The translations under genes were made by a program, and so were the position numbers. The notes under the pieces were generated by a model. That model saw nothing but the letters and a program-made list of their open reading frames with translations, searched no databases and was not told where the DNA came from. Of a stretch of DNA of 61,028 bases, positions 28,122-37,894 are shown in pieces. This DNA comes from FCB group bacterium (lineage in GTDB: Bacteria; Fidelibacterota; Marinisomatia; Marinisomatales; JAADGP01), in the NCBI GenBank assembly GCA_013152315.1, contig JAADGP010000043.1, forward strand, positions 1-61,028. Direction: 5' to 3'. The first letter of the stretch is position 1, and each line of letters begins with the position of its first letter.

Positions 28122-28637
28122 TTAACCACCCAGTAAATTCATATAAATCCGATAATTCTCCCGATCGAAAGTAACAAATATCACTTTTTCAAGCCGATCG
28201 TGTTGGTTCAGAAACTCGGATACTTCCTTAATGGCGATTTCGGCCGCCAATTGTTTCGGAAAGCGATAGATACCGGTGCTGATATTCGGAAAGGCAATTG
28301 TGCGTACGTCGTGTTCGATTGCCAGTTCAAGGGAAGAGCGATAGCAACGGGCCAATAATTCCGCTTCATTGGAATCGCCCCCACGCCAGACCGGTCCTAC
28401 GGTGTGAATAACATATTTCGCCGGTAAATTGTATCCCTTGGTTATGCGCGCTTCTCCGGTGGGACAACCACCCAGGCGACGGCATTCTTCCAACAGTGCG
28501 GGACCGGCCGCCCGATGTATGGCGCCGTCCACACCGCCTCCGCCCAGCAGGGAAGTATTGGCGGCATTTACAATTGCATCGACCTGTTGCTGAGTGATGT
28601 CTCCCTGAACCACATATATCCTGGATGTATTTCCCAT
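28122..28637 (-). CDS. macro-domain protein (YmdB-type O-acetyl-ADP-ribose deacetylase)
   Basis: 171 aa with [31 protein letters not shown] and [10 protein letters not shown]. Lies 18 nt downstream of rtcB on the same strand. Confidence 0.9.
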   Translation of the reverse strand: MGNTSRIYVVQGDITQQQVDAIVNAANTSLLGGGGVDGAIHRAAGPALLEECRRLGGCPTGEARITKGYNLPAKYVIHTVGPVWRGGDSNEAELLARCYRSSLELAIEHDVRTIAFPNISTGIYRFPKQLAAEIAIKEVSEFLNQHDRLEKVIFVTFDRENYRIYMNLLGG

Positions 28638-28655
28638 CGCAAAAACCTTTTGATT

Positions 28656-30092
28656 CTATCCTTTAATAACTCCTATGGGACGGAACCGGGCCACTTTTTT
28701 ACTGATTCCGGCTCCATCCATGACGGCTACCACATCGGCTACATCTTTATAGGCATGGGGCATTTCTTCCGCAATTGTCCGCTTGCCCCGGGCCATTATT
28801 TCGACCCCACGGTGATGTAATTCCTCGATCATATTCATTGATTTACTGACCTTACTGGATTTTCTCCGGCTCATCATGCGACCCGCGCCGTGACAAGTGG
28901 AACCGAATGTTTCCGCCATGGCGCGATCCGTACCGACGCACAAAAAAGAATACCGACCCATATCACCGGGCACCAAGACCGGCTGGCCGATGGTTCGATA
29001 ATTATCAGGTAGATCAGGATGCCCCGGGTTAAAGGCCCGGGTCGCGCCTTTGCGGTGCACACAGACCGTGGTGACAGATCCATCAATATTATGCTCCTCG
29101 AATTTGGCGATGTTATGACAAATATCATAAATCGTCCGCAAGTTCAATTCCCGGGGAGAAATCGATAAAGCGCTCAGAAAGGCCTCCTCGGTTAAATGTT
29201 TGATTACCTGGCGATTGACAAAAGCAAAATTAGCGGCGGCACGCATGGCGCCTAAGTAAGCCTGTCCTTCCGGAGACTGAATGGGCGCGCAGGCAAGTTG
29301 CCGGTCGGGGAGGGCGAAGCCGTATTTGTCCGCGGCTTTTAAGGTGGTCTTTAAATAATCATCGCAGATCTGGTAACCCAGTCCCCGGGAACCGGTATGA
29401 ATGATAATTACGATTTGCCCTTTCTTTAAACCGAGTTGTCGGGCAATGGCGGGAGCGAAAATTTTATCGATATAGTCGACTTCAAGAAAATGATTTCCGG
29501 AACCTAAGGTTCCTAACTGCCTGGCACCCCTCTTTTTTGCGTATTCGCTGACATTCTCAGGGCGGGCATCGGCGATGCATCCTTGCTCCTCAATATAGGT
29601 CCGATCTTCACTCGAGCCGAACCCCATTGATATTGCCCGCGGAACACCATCGGTCAACAGACGATTCAAATCTTTTATTGATAAGTTCGGAATGGCGCCA
29701 TGGGAGCCGATCCCGGTCGGTATCTGCGTAAATAATTTAGCCAGAAGATGCTTAATCCGGGGCTGGAGCTCTTCACGCGTGAGATCGGTAGCAAGGAGCC
29801 GAACCCCGCAATTAATGTCATAGCCAACACCGCCGGGGGAAATTACACCTTCATGGATATCCATGGCAGCGACTCCTCCAATGGGAAAACCGTAACCCCA
29901 GTGGATATCGGGCATGGCCAGGGAATATCGCAAGATACCGGGCAGATGAGCCACGTTCCTGACCTGCTCAACGCAAGGATCATCGATGATGGAACGTAAC
30001 AAATAATCGTTGGCGTAGATTCGTCCCGGAACCCGCATTCCACCGGTTTGTGGTACTTCCCATAAAAAATCATGAATTTGTTTCAGCTTCAT
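28656..30092 (-). CDS. rtcB: RNA-splicing ligase RtcB
   Basis: HWGYGFPIGGV, GSGNHF, HTGSRGLG and CHGAGR motifs. ATG at 30092 (MKLKQIHDFLWEVP) lies 2 nt after the archease stop. An upstream in-frame ATG at 30125 is an alternative. Confidence 0.95.
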   Translation of the reverse strand: MKLKQIHDFLWEVPQTGGMRVPGRIYANDYLLRSIIDDPCVEQVRNVAHLPGILRYSLAMPDIHWGYGFPIGGVAAMDIHEGVISPGGVGYDINCGVRLLATDLTREELQPRIKHLLAKLFTQIPTGIGSHGAIPNLSIKDLNRLLTDGVPRAISMGFGSSEDRTYIEEQGCIADARPENVSEYAKKRGARQLGTLGSGNHFLEVDYIDKIFAPAIARQLGLKKGQIVIIIHTGSRGLGYQICDDYLKTTLKAADKYGFALPDRQLACAPIQSPEGQAYLGAMRAAANFAFVNRQVIKHLTEEAFLSALSISPRELNLRTIYDICHNIAKFEEHNIDGSVTTVCVHRKGATRAFNPGHPDLPDNYRTIGQPVLVPGDMGRYSFLCVGTDRAMAETFGSTCHGAGRMMSRRKSSKVSKSMNMIEELHHRGVEIMARGKRTIAEEMPHAYKDVADVVAVMDGAGISKKVARFRPIGVIKG

Positions 30093-30094
30093 TT

Positions 30095-30523
30095 TTACAC
30101 ATCCAGGATGAACCTGGCTATCCATTTTCGGTTATGTTGTTTGACCTCAAAACAATGATAGGTGATTCCCTTGATTTCCGTGTAAATATCATGCTTAGAG
30201 GGGTCATAATGTTCCCCCCGGGCTGTCCCTAAGCATTGTGTTCCGTTCTTCATATCGATCCTGAATCGGGAGAAAAGCCACGCTTCCATATTGAAATGCT
30301 GTAATAAGTTTTCCAGCCAGAAACGCAACATTTCTTCGGGGTCTTGCCTGGGAATTGTGATGCGGATCCGCTCTCTGGGTTGTACCTTTTCCACATCAGT
30401 AATAAGGGCGAAAAGACCGGTAGCCGCATTTTCAAAAAGTTTTGCCAATGATTCACCGGTAACTTCGATGCCGGTGTCGGCGGTATGGTGTAAAAGTGTG
30501 TATTTATCCGGGGCCTTCGTCAC
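30095..30523 (-). CDS. archease (RtcB activator)
   Basis: 142 aa with N-terminal HHTADTGIEV and C-terminal IKGITYHCFEV, both typical of archease. Confidence 0.88.
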   Translation of the reverse strand: MTKAPDKYTLLHHTADTGIEVTGESLAKLFENAATGLFALITDVEKVQPRERIRITIPRQDPEEMLRFWLENLLQHFNMEAWLFSRFRIDMKNGTQCLGTARGEHYDPSKHDIYTEIKGITYHCFEVKQHNRKWIARFILDV

Positions 30524-30752
30524 AACATAGTCAATTTACCAAGCGCGGGATTGCAGTTCAATGATTGGCTGAAAGAATTACAAAGGAGTTGACAGTGAGG
30601 TCGATTTGTTCTTCGGGAGAAAGATACTCCTGGCCGGTTTTTCTCCCCGTGGAGAGTCAAAATATCCCGGAACTTCCGGGTGTAAACATCTGTTCCTTTT
30701 GTCCTTGGTCTAACTCCTTCATAATATTCTCTTTTAAACCGTGTTTTTTGGA

Positions 30753-30766
30753 ATTTGAATTCAAAT
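30753..30766. promoter_or_regulatory. 14-nt perfect palindrome just upstream of the crp/fnr-family gene
   Basis: ATTTGAATTCAAAT ends 21 nt before ATG 30788, in the divergent region shared with the archease-rtcB-macro operon. Confidence 0.35.
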
Positions 30767-30787
30767 CGAAAAAGCTTATTTTTTGGC

Positions 30788-31468
30788 ATGGATAAAATTG
30801 AACTTTTACAGTCAGTTCCTCTTTTTTCCGATCTTAGCCAGTCTTCTTTAAAAAAGATTTCCGAACGAATGGTCACGCGTTCATACCATAAAGGCCAGAT
30901 AATTTTAATGGAAGAAAGCTTGGGCGAGACCTTTTTCGTTATTTCACGGGGAAGCGTAAAAGTTACGCGCATGAGCGATGACGGTCGTGAGGTGATCCTG
31001 GCTATGCTTGGGGAAGGTGATTTTTTTGGCGAAATGTCCTTATTGGATGGCGAAGGGCGATCGGCGAACATTGTGGCGATTGATGAAGCCGAAGCCTTAA
31101 CGATTAAACGCAGTGATTTTTTAGAGATATTGGAACAATTTCCGAAGATTGCCATCCATTTATTGGAGGAATTGACTCGTCGCTTGCGTCGCAGCGATCA
31201 ACAAATTGAAAGCCTGTCGTTAAGTGATGCGGAACAACGCATTGCCATAACTTTAATCCGTTTAGCCGAAGAATTAGGAACGATCAAAGGAGGAGCCGTT
31301 ACCGTACGGAACCTTCCTTATCAACAGGATATTGCCAACATGGCCGGAACATCGCGGGAAACGGTTTCCCGGACGTTGAAAATCCTCGAGGAAAAGGGAT
31401 ATATTGAACGCGACGGAAAAGCGTTGGTTATCCTCGATTTTATGACCTTTTGTAAGATATTCTCTTAG
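30788..31468 (+). CDS. Crp/Fnr-family transcriptional regulator (cNMP-binding + HTH)
   Basis: cNMP domain FGEMSLLDGEGRSANIVA and HTH QQDIANMAGTSRETVSRTLKILEEKGYI. ATG 30788 is preferred over the longer ORF start at 30755. Confidence 0.9.
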   Translation: MDKIELLQSVPLFSDLSQSSLKKISERMVTRSYHKGQIILMEESLGETFFVISRGSVKVTRMSDDGREVILAMLGEGDFFGEMSLLDGEGRSANIVAIDEAEALTIKRSDFLEILEQFPKIAIHLLEELTRRLRRSDQQIESLSLSDAEQRIAITLIRLAEELGTIKGGAVTVRNLPYQQDIANMAGTSRETVSRTLKILEEKGYIERDGKALVILDFMTFCKIFS

Positions 31469-31492
31469 TTCACCTTATCACCAGTTCCCGTA

Positions 31493-32437
31493 ATGGATAG
31501 CACGGTTCTGGAACGTATCCGTCAAAATGATCATCGCGTTCTATCCCGTGTGATCAGCCAAATCGAAAATAATGGAGACATTCCCGAGGATTTTTTCGTT
31601 GAATTATATCCTTATACCAATAAAGCCTTGCGGATAGGGATAACCGGCCCGCCCGGTGCCGGTAAAAGTACCCTGGTCGATAAATTAATCGATGAATTTC
31701 TGAAACATGATCAATCCGTCGGCGTTGTTGCCGTTGATCCGACCAGCCCGTTTACCGGCGGAGCATTATTGGGCGACCGCGTGCGCATGAACCGCTATTC
31801 CTGGAATGATGATGTGTTTATTCGCAGTATGGGTTCCCACGGTGAGTTGGGCGGATTGGCACGAAAAGCCCAGGATGTGGGCGATGTATTGGCGGCCAGC
31901 GGGAAACAGGTCGTGATTTTTGAAACGGTTGGCGTTGGTCAGGGGGAGCATGATATTATAAAAGCGGTGGATGTGACGGTGGTCGTTCTTACCCCGGAAT
32001 CCGGTGATGATATTCAATTAATGAAAGCCGGACTGATAGAAATAGCGGATATTTTCGTCATTAATAAATCCGACCGGGAAGGAGCCGGTCGTTTATCGCA
32101 AGTACTGCGGAACTTATTGCATACTTTTAGCAAAGAAGATAAACCGGAACCTCCGGTGATTAATACGGTGGCCACTACCGGGGAGGGGATCCCCGAATTT
32201 TACGGCGGCCTGATGGAACATGTGGATCGAATGAAGGAATCGGGAGTATTGGCGAAGAAATATTTGCAAAGACACCGCAATCGTATCTTAACGTTAATCC
32301 AGGATAAACTGCTGTCGGAATTTTGGACCTCGAACCGCCTCCGACAACTGGAAGAAGCCACTCGCAATGTGGATTCGGTGAAGGCGTCACCCCATGAGAT
32401 TGCCTGGGCCTTAGTGAATACAACTTCCCATGACTGA
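31493..32437 (+). CDS. meaB: MeaB/ArgK-type G3E-family GTPase
   Basis: 314 aa with P-loop GITGPPGAGKST, ETVGVGQ and NKSD. Confidence 0.88.
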   Translation: MDSTVLERIRQNDHRVLSRVISQIENNGDIPEDFFVELYPYTNKALRIGITGPPGAGKSTLVDKLIDEFLKHDQSVGVVAVDPTSPFTGGALLGDRVRMNRYSWNDDVFIRSMGSHGELGGLARKAQDVGDVLAASGKQVVIFETVGVGQGEHDIIKAVDVTVVVLTPESGDDIQLMKAGLIEIADIFVINKSDREGAGRLSQVLRNLLHTFSKEDKPEPPVINTVATTGEGIPEFYGGLMEHVDRMKESGVLAKKYLQRHRNRILTLIQDKLLSEFWTSNRLRQLEEATRNVDSVKASPHEIAWALVNTTSHD

Positions 32438-33179
32438 ACCAGCCGCAAAGGAAATGACCTTCCTGGAACATCTGGAAGAGTTGCGCTGGCGATTGATAAA
32501 ATCGTTTGCGGCGGTATTCGTGGGCGCGGTGATTACCTTCTTCTTCGTGGACAAGATAATTGAAATACTGGTCCGTCCCACGCAATTGATTGATCACCCG
32601 TTCAGTCTGCAGGTCCTTACGGTACAGGGAATGTTTATGGTAAAGTGGGGATTGGCCTTTGTGGGGGGAGTGGTCCTGGCAATCCCCGTATTGACTTACC
32701 AGTTATGGAAGTTTATCGCGCCCGGTTTGTATGCCACCGAACGGCGGTACGTTTATCCGGTAATCATTTTTACCTACTTTTCCTTTGTTGTGGGAATAGT
32801 ATTCGCGTATTTTGTCATCATTCCGTTTTCGCTGAACTTCTTTTCTTCCATGGGTTACGGGGATATTCAAAATAATGTTTCTATTAAGTATTACCTTAGT
32901 TTTATGACCTGGATTATGCTGGGTACCGGATTAATCTTCGAATTACCAATCGCCTCCTATTTGCTTGCCGTTATTGGCTTGTTGACGCCCAAATTCATGC
33001 GTGAATACCGGCGTCACGCAATCGTTATTATTATGATTCTTTCGGCCATAATCACGCCACCCGATCCGGTAAGTATGATTGTAATGACCATTCCTTTAAT
33101 GTGTTTGTATGAAATAAGTATTGGTGTTACCTGGCTGGCTTCCAAACGGAAAACAGCCATTGGTGATGCGTCGCAATAA
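32430..33179 (+). CDS. tatC: twin-arginine translocase subunit TatC
   Basis: 249 aa with FLEHLEELRWRLIKS and six TM helices. Overlaps meaB by 8 nt. Confidence 0.93.
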   Translation: MTEPAAKEMTFLEHLEELRWRLIKSFAAVFVGAVITFFFVDKIIEILVRPTQLIDHPFSLQVLTVQGMFMVKWGLAFVGGVVLAIPVLTYQLWKFIAPGLYATERRYVYPVIIFTYFSFVVGIVFAYFVIIPFSLNFFSSMGYGDIQNNVSIKYYLSFMTWIMLGTGLIFELPIASYLLAVIGLLTPKFMREYRRHAIVIIMILSAIITPPDPVSMIVMTIPLMCLYEISIGVTWLASKRKTAIGDASQ

Positions 33180-33193
33180 GGGTAAATTTTACC

Positions 33194-34183
33194 ATGCGCC
33201 AGGATGTTAAATCCCTGAAACAGATTACCTCACCGATTTTCGAGGATATTAAATTATTTCAAAAGGAATTTGAAGACGCCCTTCATTCCGAAGTCCGTTT
33301 GATTAATACTATCGCAAAATATATTTTACGGCACAAGGGGAAACATATACGGCCGATTCTTACTATTTTGGCGGCGCGGGTTTGTGGACAGCCAACGCTA
33401 AACAGCTATCGCGCCGCGGCGATGATTGAGCTCCTGCATATCGCGACCCTTATTCATGATGACGTGGTGGATGAGGCCAAAAGCCGACGCGGATGGCCAT
33501 CGATCAACAGGGTGTGGAAGAATAAGGTTTCCGTGTTGATGGGGGATTTTATCCTCAGCAAAGCCCTGATTAATATGATCGGACTCAAGGATTTTGAAGC
33601 CCTGGAATTAATTTCCAAAACAGCGGAACAACTTAGCGCCGGTGAAATTCTGCAGATCGAAAAAAGCATCACCAAATCCATGACGGAAGATACGTATTAC
33701 CGGGTGATCTTTCAGAAAACGGCTTCGCTGGTTTCAACCAGTTGTGAATTGGGAGCCATTACCTCTTCCCGGCAGGAAAAAGATCGCGAAGCGATGCGCA
33801 CCTATGGTGCCCGTTTGGGAATGGCCTTTCAGATCAAAGACGACATGTTTGACCTTTTAGGCAGCGAAGCGGAAACCGGCAAGGATATGGCTTCGGACGT
33901 GCGAAAAAACATGCTCACGTTGCCGTTGATCCATAGCTTCAGCACCTTAACGAAAGCGGAAACCAGACAAATTAACGCGATTCTGAGAAAACGAAAAAAA
34001 TCTTCCCGGGTTTTGCAGGAATTGCGCGATATCATCGATAGCGCCGGGGGGTTCGAATATGCCCGGCACAAAATCGATGAATATTCCAATCAGGCTATGG
34101 AAGCCATCGCTCCCTATCCTGATTCTCCTTATAAACAATCGATGATCGATTTAATCGCTTTCAACGCCCAACGGACCAAGTAG
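33194..34183 (+). CDS. polyprenyl diphosphate synthase (trans-IPPS, long-chain type)
   Basis: 329 aa with a first DDxxD (LIHDDVVDE) and a second (FQIKDDMFD). Overall IspB-like layout. Confidence 0.9.
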   Translation: MRQDVKSLKQITSPIFEDIKLFQKEFEDALHSEVRLINTIAKYILRHKGKHIRPILTILAARVCGQPTLNSYRAAAMIELLHIATLIHDDVVDEAKSRRGWPSINRVWKNKVSVLMGDFILSKALINMIGLKDFEALELISKTAEQLSAGEILQIEKSITKSMTEDTYYRVIFQKTASLVSTSCELGAITSSRQEKDREAMRTYGARLGMAFQIKDDMFDLLGSEAETGKDMASDVRKNMLTLPLIHSFSTLTKAETRQINAILRKRKKSSRVLQELRDIIDSAGGFEYARHKIDEYSNQAMEAIAPYPDSPYKQSMIDLIAFNAQRTK

Positions 34184-34291
34184 ATTGTGTCTGAATAGAA
34201 CTGGAATGATAACCGGTAAACAATGTTTGGTAAAAATCGGTTATCATGGGATACATCAATATAGCTATTTTTTCTTCGGTTAATCATTTCA

Positions 34292-35305
34292 TTGAAGATC
34301 CTGTTAATCAGATTCAGTTCAATTGGTGATATTGTTCTAACTACCTCCCCCTTAGCTACGTTGCGTAAGGCTTTCCCCACCGTAAAAATTCATTTTCTAA
34401 CGTTGGAACCGTTCGTTCCCTTGTTGGAAGGTCAGCCGAATATTGATCAAATCATCAGTCTGGAAAAATCGGCGAAATATCGGCAATTAACAATAGTGGG
34501 CAATTTTTTAAATGATGCCGAATACGACTTGGTTATTGATTTGCACAATACCTTACGGTCTCAAATCATCCGACGGAGAATCCGTTCCACCGTTGTCCGG
34601 GTATTAAAGAAGCCACGCTGGCTGCGCTTTAAATTATTTTGGTTGCACCTGAATCATTTCCCCGATTGCTTTTCCCAGCGGTGGTTATTGCATCAGCCGC
34701 TGAAGGACCTTGTGGATGATTGGTCCCAACTTCCTCAAACGGAATTAAAAGTTTCGACAATTGAGCAACAACAAGCGGCGGATTATTTGCGCGCATGCGG
34801 GGTGTCCGGTGATTACCTTGTTTTGGTTCCCGGAGCGGCCTGGAAACAGAAAATATGGCGGTTGGATTATTACCGCGCATTGATTAAACAGCTGGAAGAA
34901 GCCGACCTCGGTGACATTGTTGTGGTGGGAGGGGCCAAAGATACTATTTGTGACAGCCTGGCGGCAACAATTCCCGAACTCATCAATCTCCGGGGGAAAA
35001 CGGATCTTCGGATGGCCATGGCGATACTGTCGAGGGCGAAATTAGTCATTGGCAGCGATACGGGACTGGTTCATGCCGCTGAAGCCCTGGGTGTGAGGGT
35101 CGCAATGATCTTAGGACCCACCTCCAGGGAAACCGGTGGAGGAGCTAATTTACCGGTTTCCAAAACCTATGAAGTTAGCGATCTTTGGTGCCGGCCGTGC
35201 TCTCAAAACGGCAAAAATCCATGTTATCGTAAAGAACAATTTTGTATGACCTTGCTGAAGCCGGATTTGGTCTGGAACGATTTAAGAAGGCAGTTTGCGG
35301 TATGA
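34292..35305 (+). CDS. glycosyltransferase family 9 (LPS heptosyltransferase-like)
   Basis: 337 aa with a TTG start. MKILLIRFSSIGDIVLT N-terminus and C-terminal GSDTGLVHAAEALG. Confidence 0.85.
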   Translation: MKILLIRFSSIGDIVLTTSPLATLRKAFPTVKIHFLTLEPFVPLLEGQPNIDQIISLEKSAKYRQLTIVGNFLNDAEYDLVIDLHNTLRSQIIRRRIRSTVVRVLKKPRWLRFKLFWLHLNHFPDCFSQRWLLHQPLKDLVDDWSQLPQTELKVSTIEQQQAADYLRACGVSGDYLVLVPGAAWKQKIWRLDYYRALIKQLEEADLGDIVVVGGAKDTICDSLAATIPELINLRGKTDLRMAMAILSRAKLVIGSDTGLVHAAEALGVRVAMILGPTSRETGGGANLPVSKTYEVSDLWCRPCSQNGKNPCYRKEQFCMTLLKPDLVWNDLRRQFAV

Positions 35306-36588
35306 CAATATTCTGGGCGACTTTGTATAATATCATTTTTTACCCCTTGTTGTTCCTGTTTGGGTCGGTAGGCTCCCTGTTCCACAATAAATTGCGTGAA
35401 GGGTTTAAAGGCCGATTGGGTACCATATCCCACCTGAAAAATGCTTTTTCTACCGGTGACAATCGTCCGCGAACCGTTTACTGGTTTCATGCCGCTTCTC
35501 ATGGCGAATATGAGCAGGTTCGTCCGGTAGTAGCCGGGCTGCGTGAAATCGAACCCAATTCGATGATTTTGGTAAGTTTTTTTTCGCCCTCGGGATACAA
35601 AAATGTGAAAGATGATAATATCGATTGTAAAATTTACCTCCCGTTTGATTTTATATGGAGCGTCCGTCGCGCCCTGAAAATTGTTAAACCCAAGAAGATT
35701 ATTTTTGCCGCTTATGATATCTGGCCCAATTTCATATGGGTTGCCTATCATCGGAAAATTCACACCACCATATTTGCCGCGCATTTTGCCAAAGGAACCA
35801 GTAAGCTGTATCCGGGGATTCGCAGTTTCTACCGATCAGTGTACCAGTCGTTCGCTTCGATTTATACCATCAATAAGGAAGATTATTTACGCCTGCAGAA
35901 AATAGTCAAACCGAAACATAGCCCCCTGATCCGGGTCCTTGGAAATCCCCGTTATGACCAGGTGAAAAAACGGGCCGACCAATTCACCAAGGAACGAACG
36001 ATTTCGGTATTACTGCGTGATAAACGGATCGTGGTCGGTAGCGTCTGGCCGGAAGATGAAACGGTGATTATCGATGCCATCATCACCTTATTGAAAGAAG
36101 ATGAGGAGATTTCGTTGCTCTGGGTTCCCCATGAACCGTCGCCGCGATACGTGGAATCTTCGGTTCGCCTGTTTAAGGACCAGGGCTTTTCCACAAGAAT
36201 ATTGCGATCAAAAACCAGGTTGAAGCTGAACGGAGTCCGGGTCGTGGTGGTCGGTGTGGTTGGCATTTTGTCAAAGTTATACTGGCAGGGACAAATTGCC
36301 TATGTCGGCGGTGGATTTTCCACCGGGGTGCATAATGTAATGGAACCGGCGATAGCCCGTCTGCCGGTCTTGTTCGGTCCCCGCTACGCGAATTCGCCGG
36401 AGGCGGAAGCATTGATTGGCGCCGGGGGAGGATATTCCATTTCCTCCGGAGAAGAAGTGTACAACCATATCAGGCACCTTTTTCATGATAAAAACGATTT
36501 TTTAAAAGCCAGCTATGCCGCCACCGATGTGATCCACCAAAACCTGGGGTCCGCAACCCGCGTGGTGCGTAGTATCATCCGTGATTAA
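35302..36588 (+). CDS. waaA: 3-deoxy-D-manno-octulosonic acid (Kdo) transferase
   Basis: WFHAASHGEYEQVRP motif and C-terminal GGFSTGVHNVMEPA. ATG 35302 forms an ATGA overlap with the upstream GT9 stop. The longer ORF from 35242 was rejected. Confidence 0.88.
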   Translation: MTIFWATLYNIIFYPLLFLFGSVGSLFHNKLREGFKGRLGTISHLKNAFSTGDNRPRTVYWFHAASHGEYEQVRPVVAGLREIEPNSMILVSFFSPSGYKNVKDDNIDCKIYLPFDFIWSVRRALKIVKPKKIIFAAYDIWPNFIWVAYHRKIHTTIFAAHFAKGTSKLYPGIRSFYRSVYQSFASIYTINKEDYLRLQKIVKPKHSPLIRVLGNPRYDQVKKRADQFTKERTISVLLRDKRIVVGSVWPEDETVIIDAIITLLKEDEEISLLWVPHEPSPRYVESSVRLFKDQGFSTRILRSKTRLKLNGVRVVVVGVVGILSKLYWQGQIAYVGGGFSTGVHNVMEPAIARLPVLFGPRYANSPEAEALIGAGGGYSISSGEEVYNHIRHLFHDKNDFLKASYAATDVIHQNLGSATRVVRSIIRD

Positions 36589-37894
36589 TACATTATCATT
36601 TTCGATTTATTTTCAAAAATTCTCCGAAAAAAAACAGTTTGTGGAGTTTACCCCCGGACTGCATGTCATCTATGGTGAAAGCGGTGTGGGGAAAACGAAT
36701 TTTATCCGGCAATTAATCGGCCTTCCGTTTGCCGGCAAAACCAATTTTACGCTTGATGTGCATGCCAAACCCGAACCGGTTCAAATGATTCTGCAAAACC
36801 CCGAGAATCAAATTGTCAGTCCGACCATCAAAGCGGAGCTGGCGTTTTCCCTGGAATGTTTCGAAAAGGATAACGAAACAATTCAGGCCCGCATAAAGGG
36901 ATTGAAGAAAAAATTGCTTTTTTCGACCGATTGGAATCGGCATCCGATCACCCTCAGTGGCGGCGAAAAGGAACTGCTCAATATCGTAACCGGCTTCAGC
37001 ACACCGGCCAAATTGATTGTCATTGACGATGGATTGTCGTTTTTAAACGAACGTTACAAACAGGAAATTGTGGATCAGATAAAAAAGGAAATTAATCAAA
37101 ACAATCTGATCGTTCTCTGGTTTACATCCGAATATTCCGATCTGCGGTTCGGTCATACGGCCAATGAGCTGACCCTTTCATCTTTTGCAAATATTGAATC
37201 TTACCGTTCCCTGCAATATCCGAAAAGTAAAATGAAACCGGGACGAATGTCCGTCACCTCTGAAAATTTAACGTTCGGTTACGATAATATTCCGCTCCTG
37301 AAAAAAGTCACTATGCGTGGAAAAAACATTCGCAGTTTGGGGCTTATCGGACTTAATGGTTCCGGTAAAACGACACTGGCGGCGATTATGCTGGGTCTGC
37401 TTAAGCCCTCGGAAGGGCGATTGAAAATAGACCTGGGGACAAATTCAGAACCGGCGATCGGATATCTGGACCAGTTCCCGGAACGATTACTGGGCGCCGA
37501 TACGCTTAGCAATTTTTTAGTCGATTTGGAAAAGGAAGGGAAATTAGTCCCCGCCAAGCGCGTACAGTGTCTGAAAACCTTATTGAATTACCAGGTAAAT
37601 TGGAACCTGATCAAGGATCGTTATGCCTTGGATATACCCTGGTCAGCGCTTAGATTGGCCTTGATTATCATTTTAACCCACTGTGAGTACGATATTTTAA
37701 TTCTGGATGAGCCAACATTTGGTTTAGGATGGGAACAGAGGTTAATTTTGTATCGTTATTTACATAAAATTTTGTTGAATAAACACCTGATCATTGTTTC
37801 CCACGATAATGAATTTGTTAATTATTGTTGCGATTTCATTTTTTCGTTGGATGATCAATCGTTAATCCGAAAAGAAAAAGTATACCTTGGGTGA
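36581..37894 (+). CDS. fused two-domain ABC-type ATPase (asymmetric NBDs), no adjacent permease
   Basis: 437 aa. NBD1 has GESGVGKT, LSGGEKE and Walker B VIDDG (no catalytic Glu). NBD2 has GLNGSGKTT and Walker B ILILDEPT, but no recognisable LSGGQ signature. Confidence 0.8.
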   Translation: MINTLSFSIYFQKFSEKKQFVEFTPGLHVIYGESGVGKTNFIRQLIGLPFAGKTNFTLDVHAKPEPVQMILQNPENQIVSPTIKAELAFSLECFEKDNETIQARIKGLKKKLLFSTDWNRHPITLSGGEKELLNIVTGFSTPAKLIVIDDGLSFLNERYKQEIVDQIKKEINQNNLIVLWFTSEYSDLRFGHTANELTLSSFANIESYRSLQYPKSKMKPGRMSVTSENLTFGYDNIPLLKKVTMRGKNIRSLGLIGLNGSGKTTLAAIMLGLLKPSEGRLKIDLGTNSEPAIGYLDQFPERLLGADTLSNFLVDLEKEGKLVPAKRVQCLKTLLNYQVNWNLIKDRYALDIPWSALRLALIIILTHCEYDILILDEPTFGLGWEQRLILYRYLHKILLNKHLIIVSHDNEFVNYCCDFIFSLDDQSLIRKEKVYLG

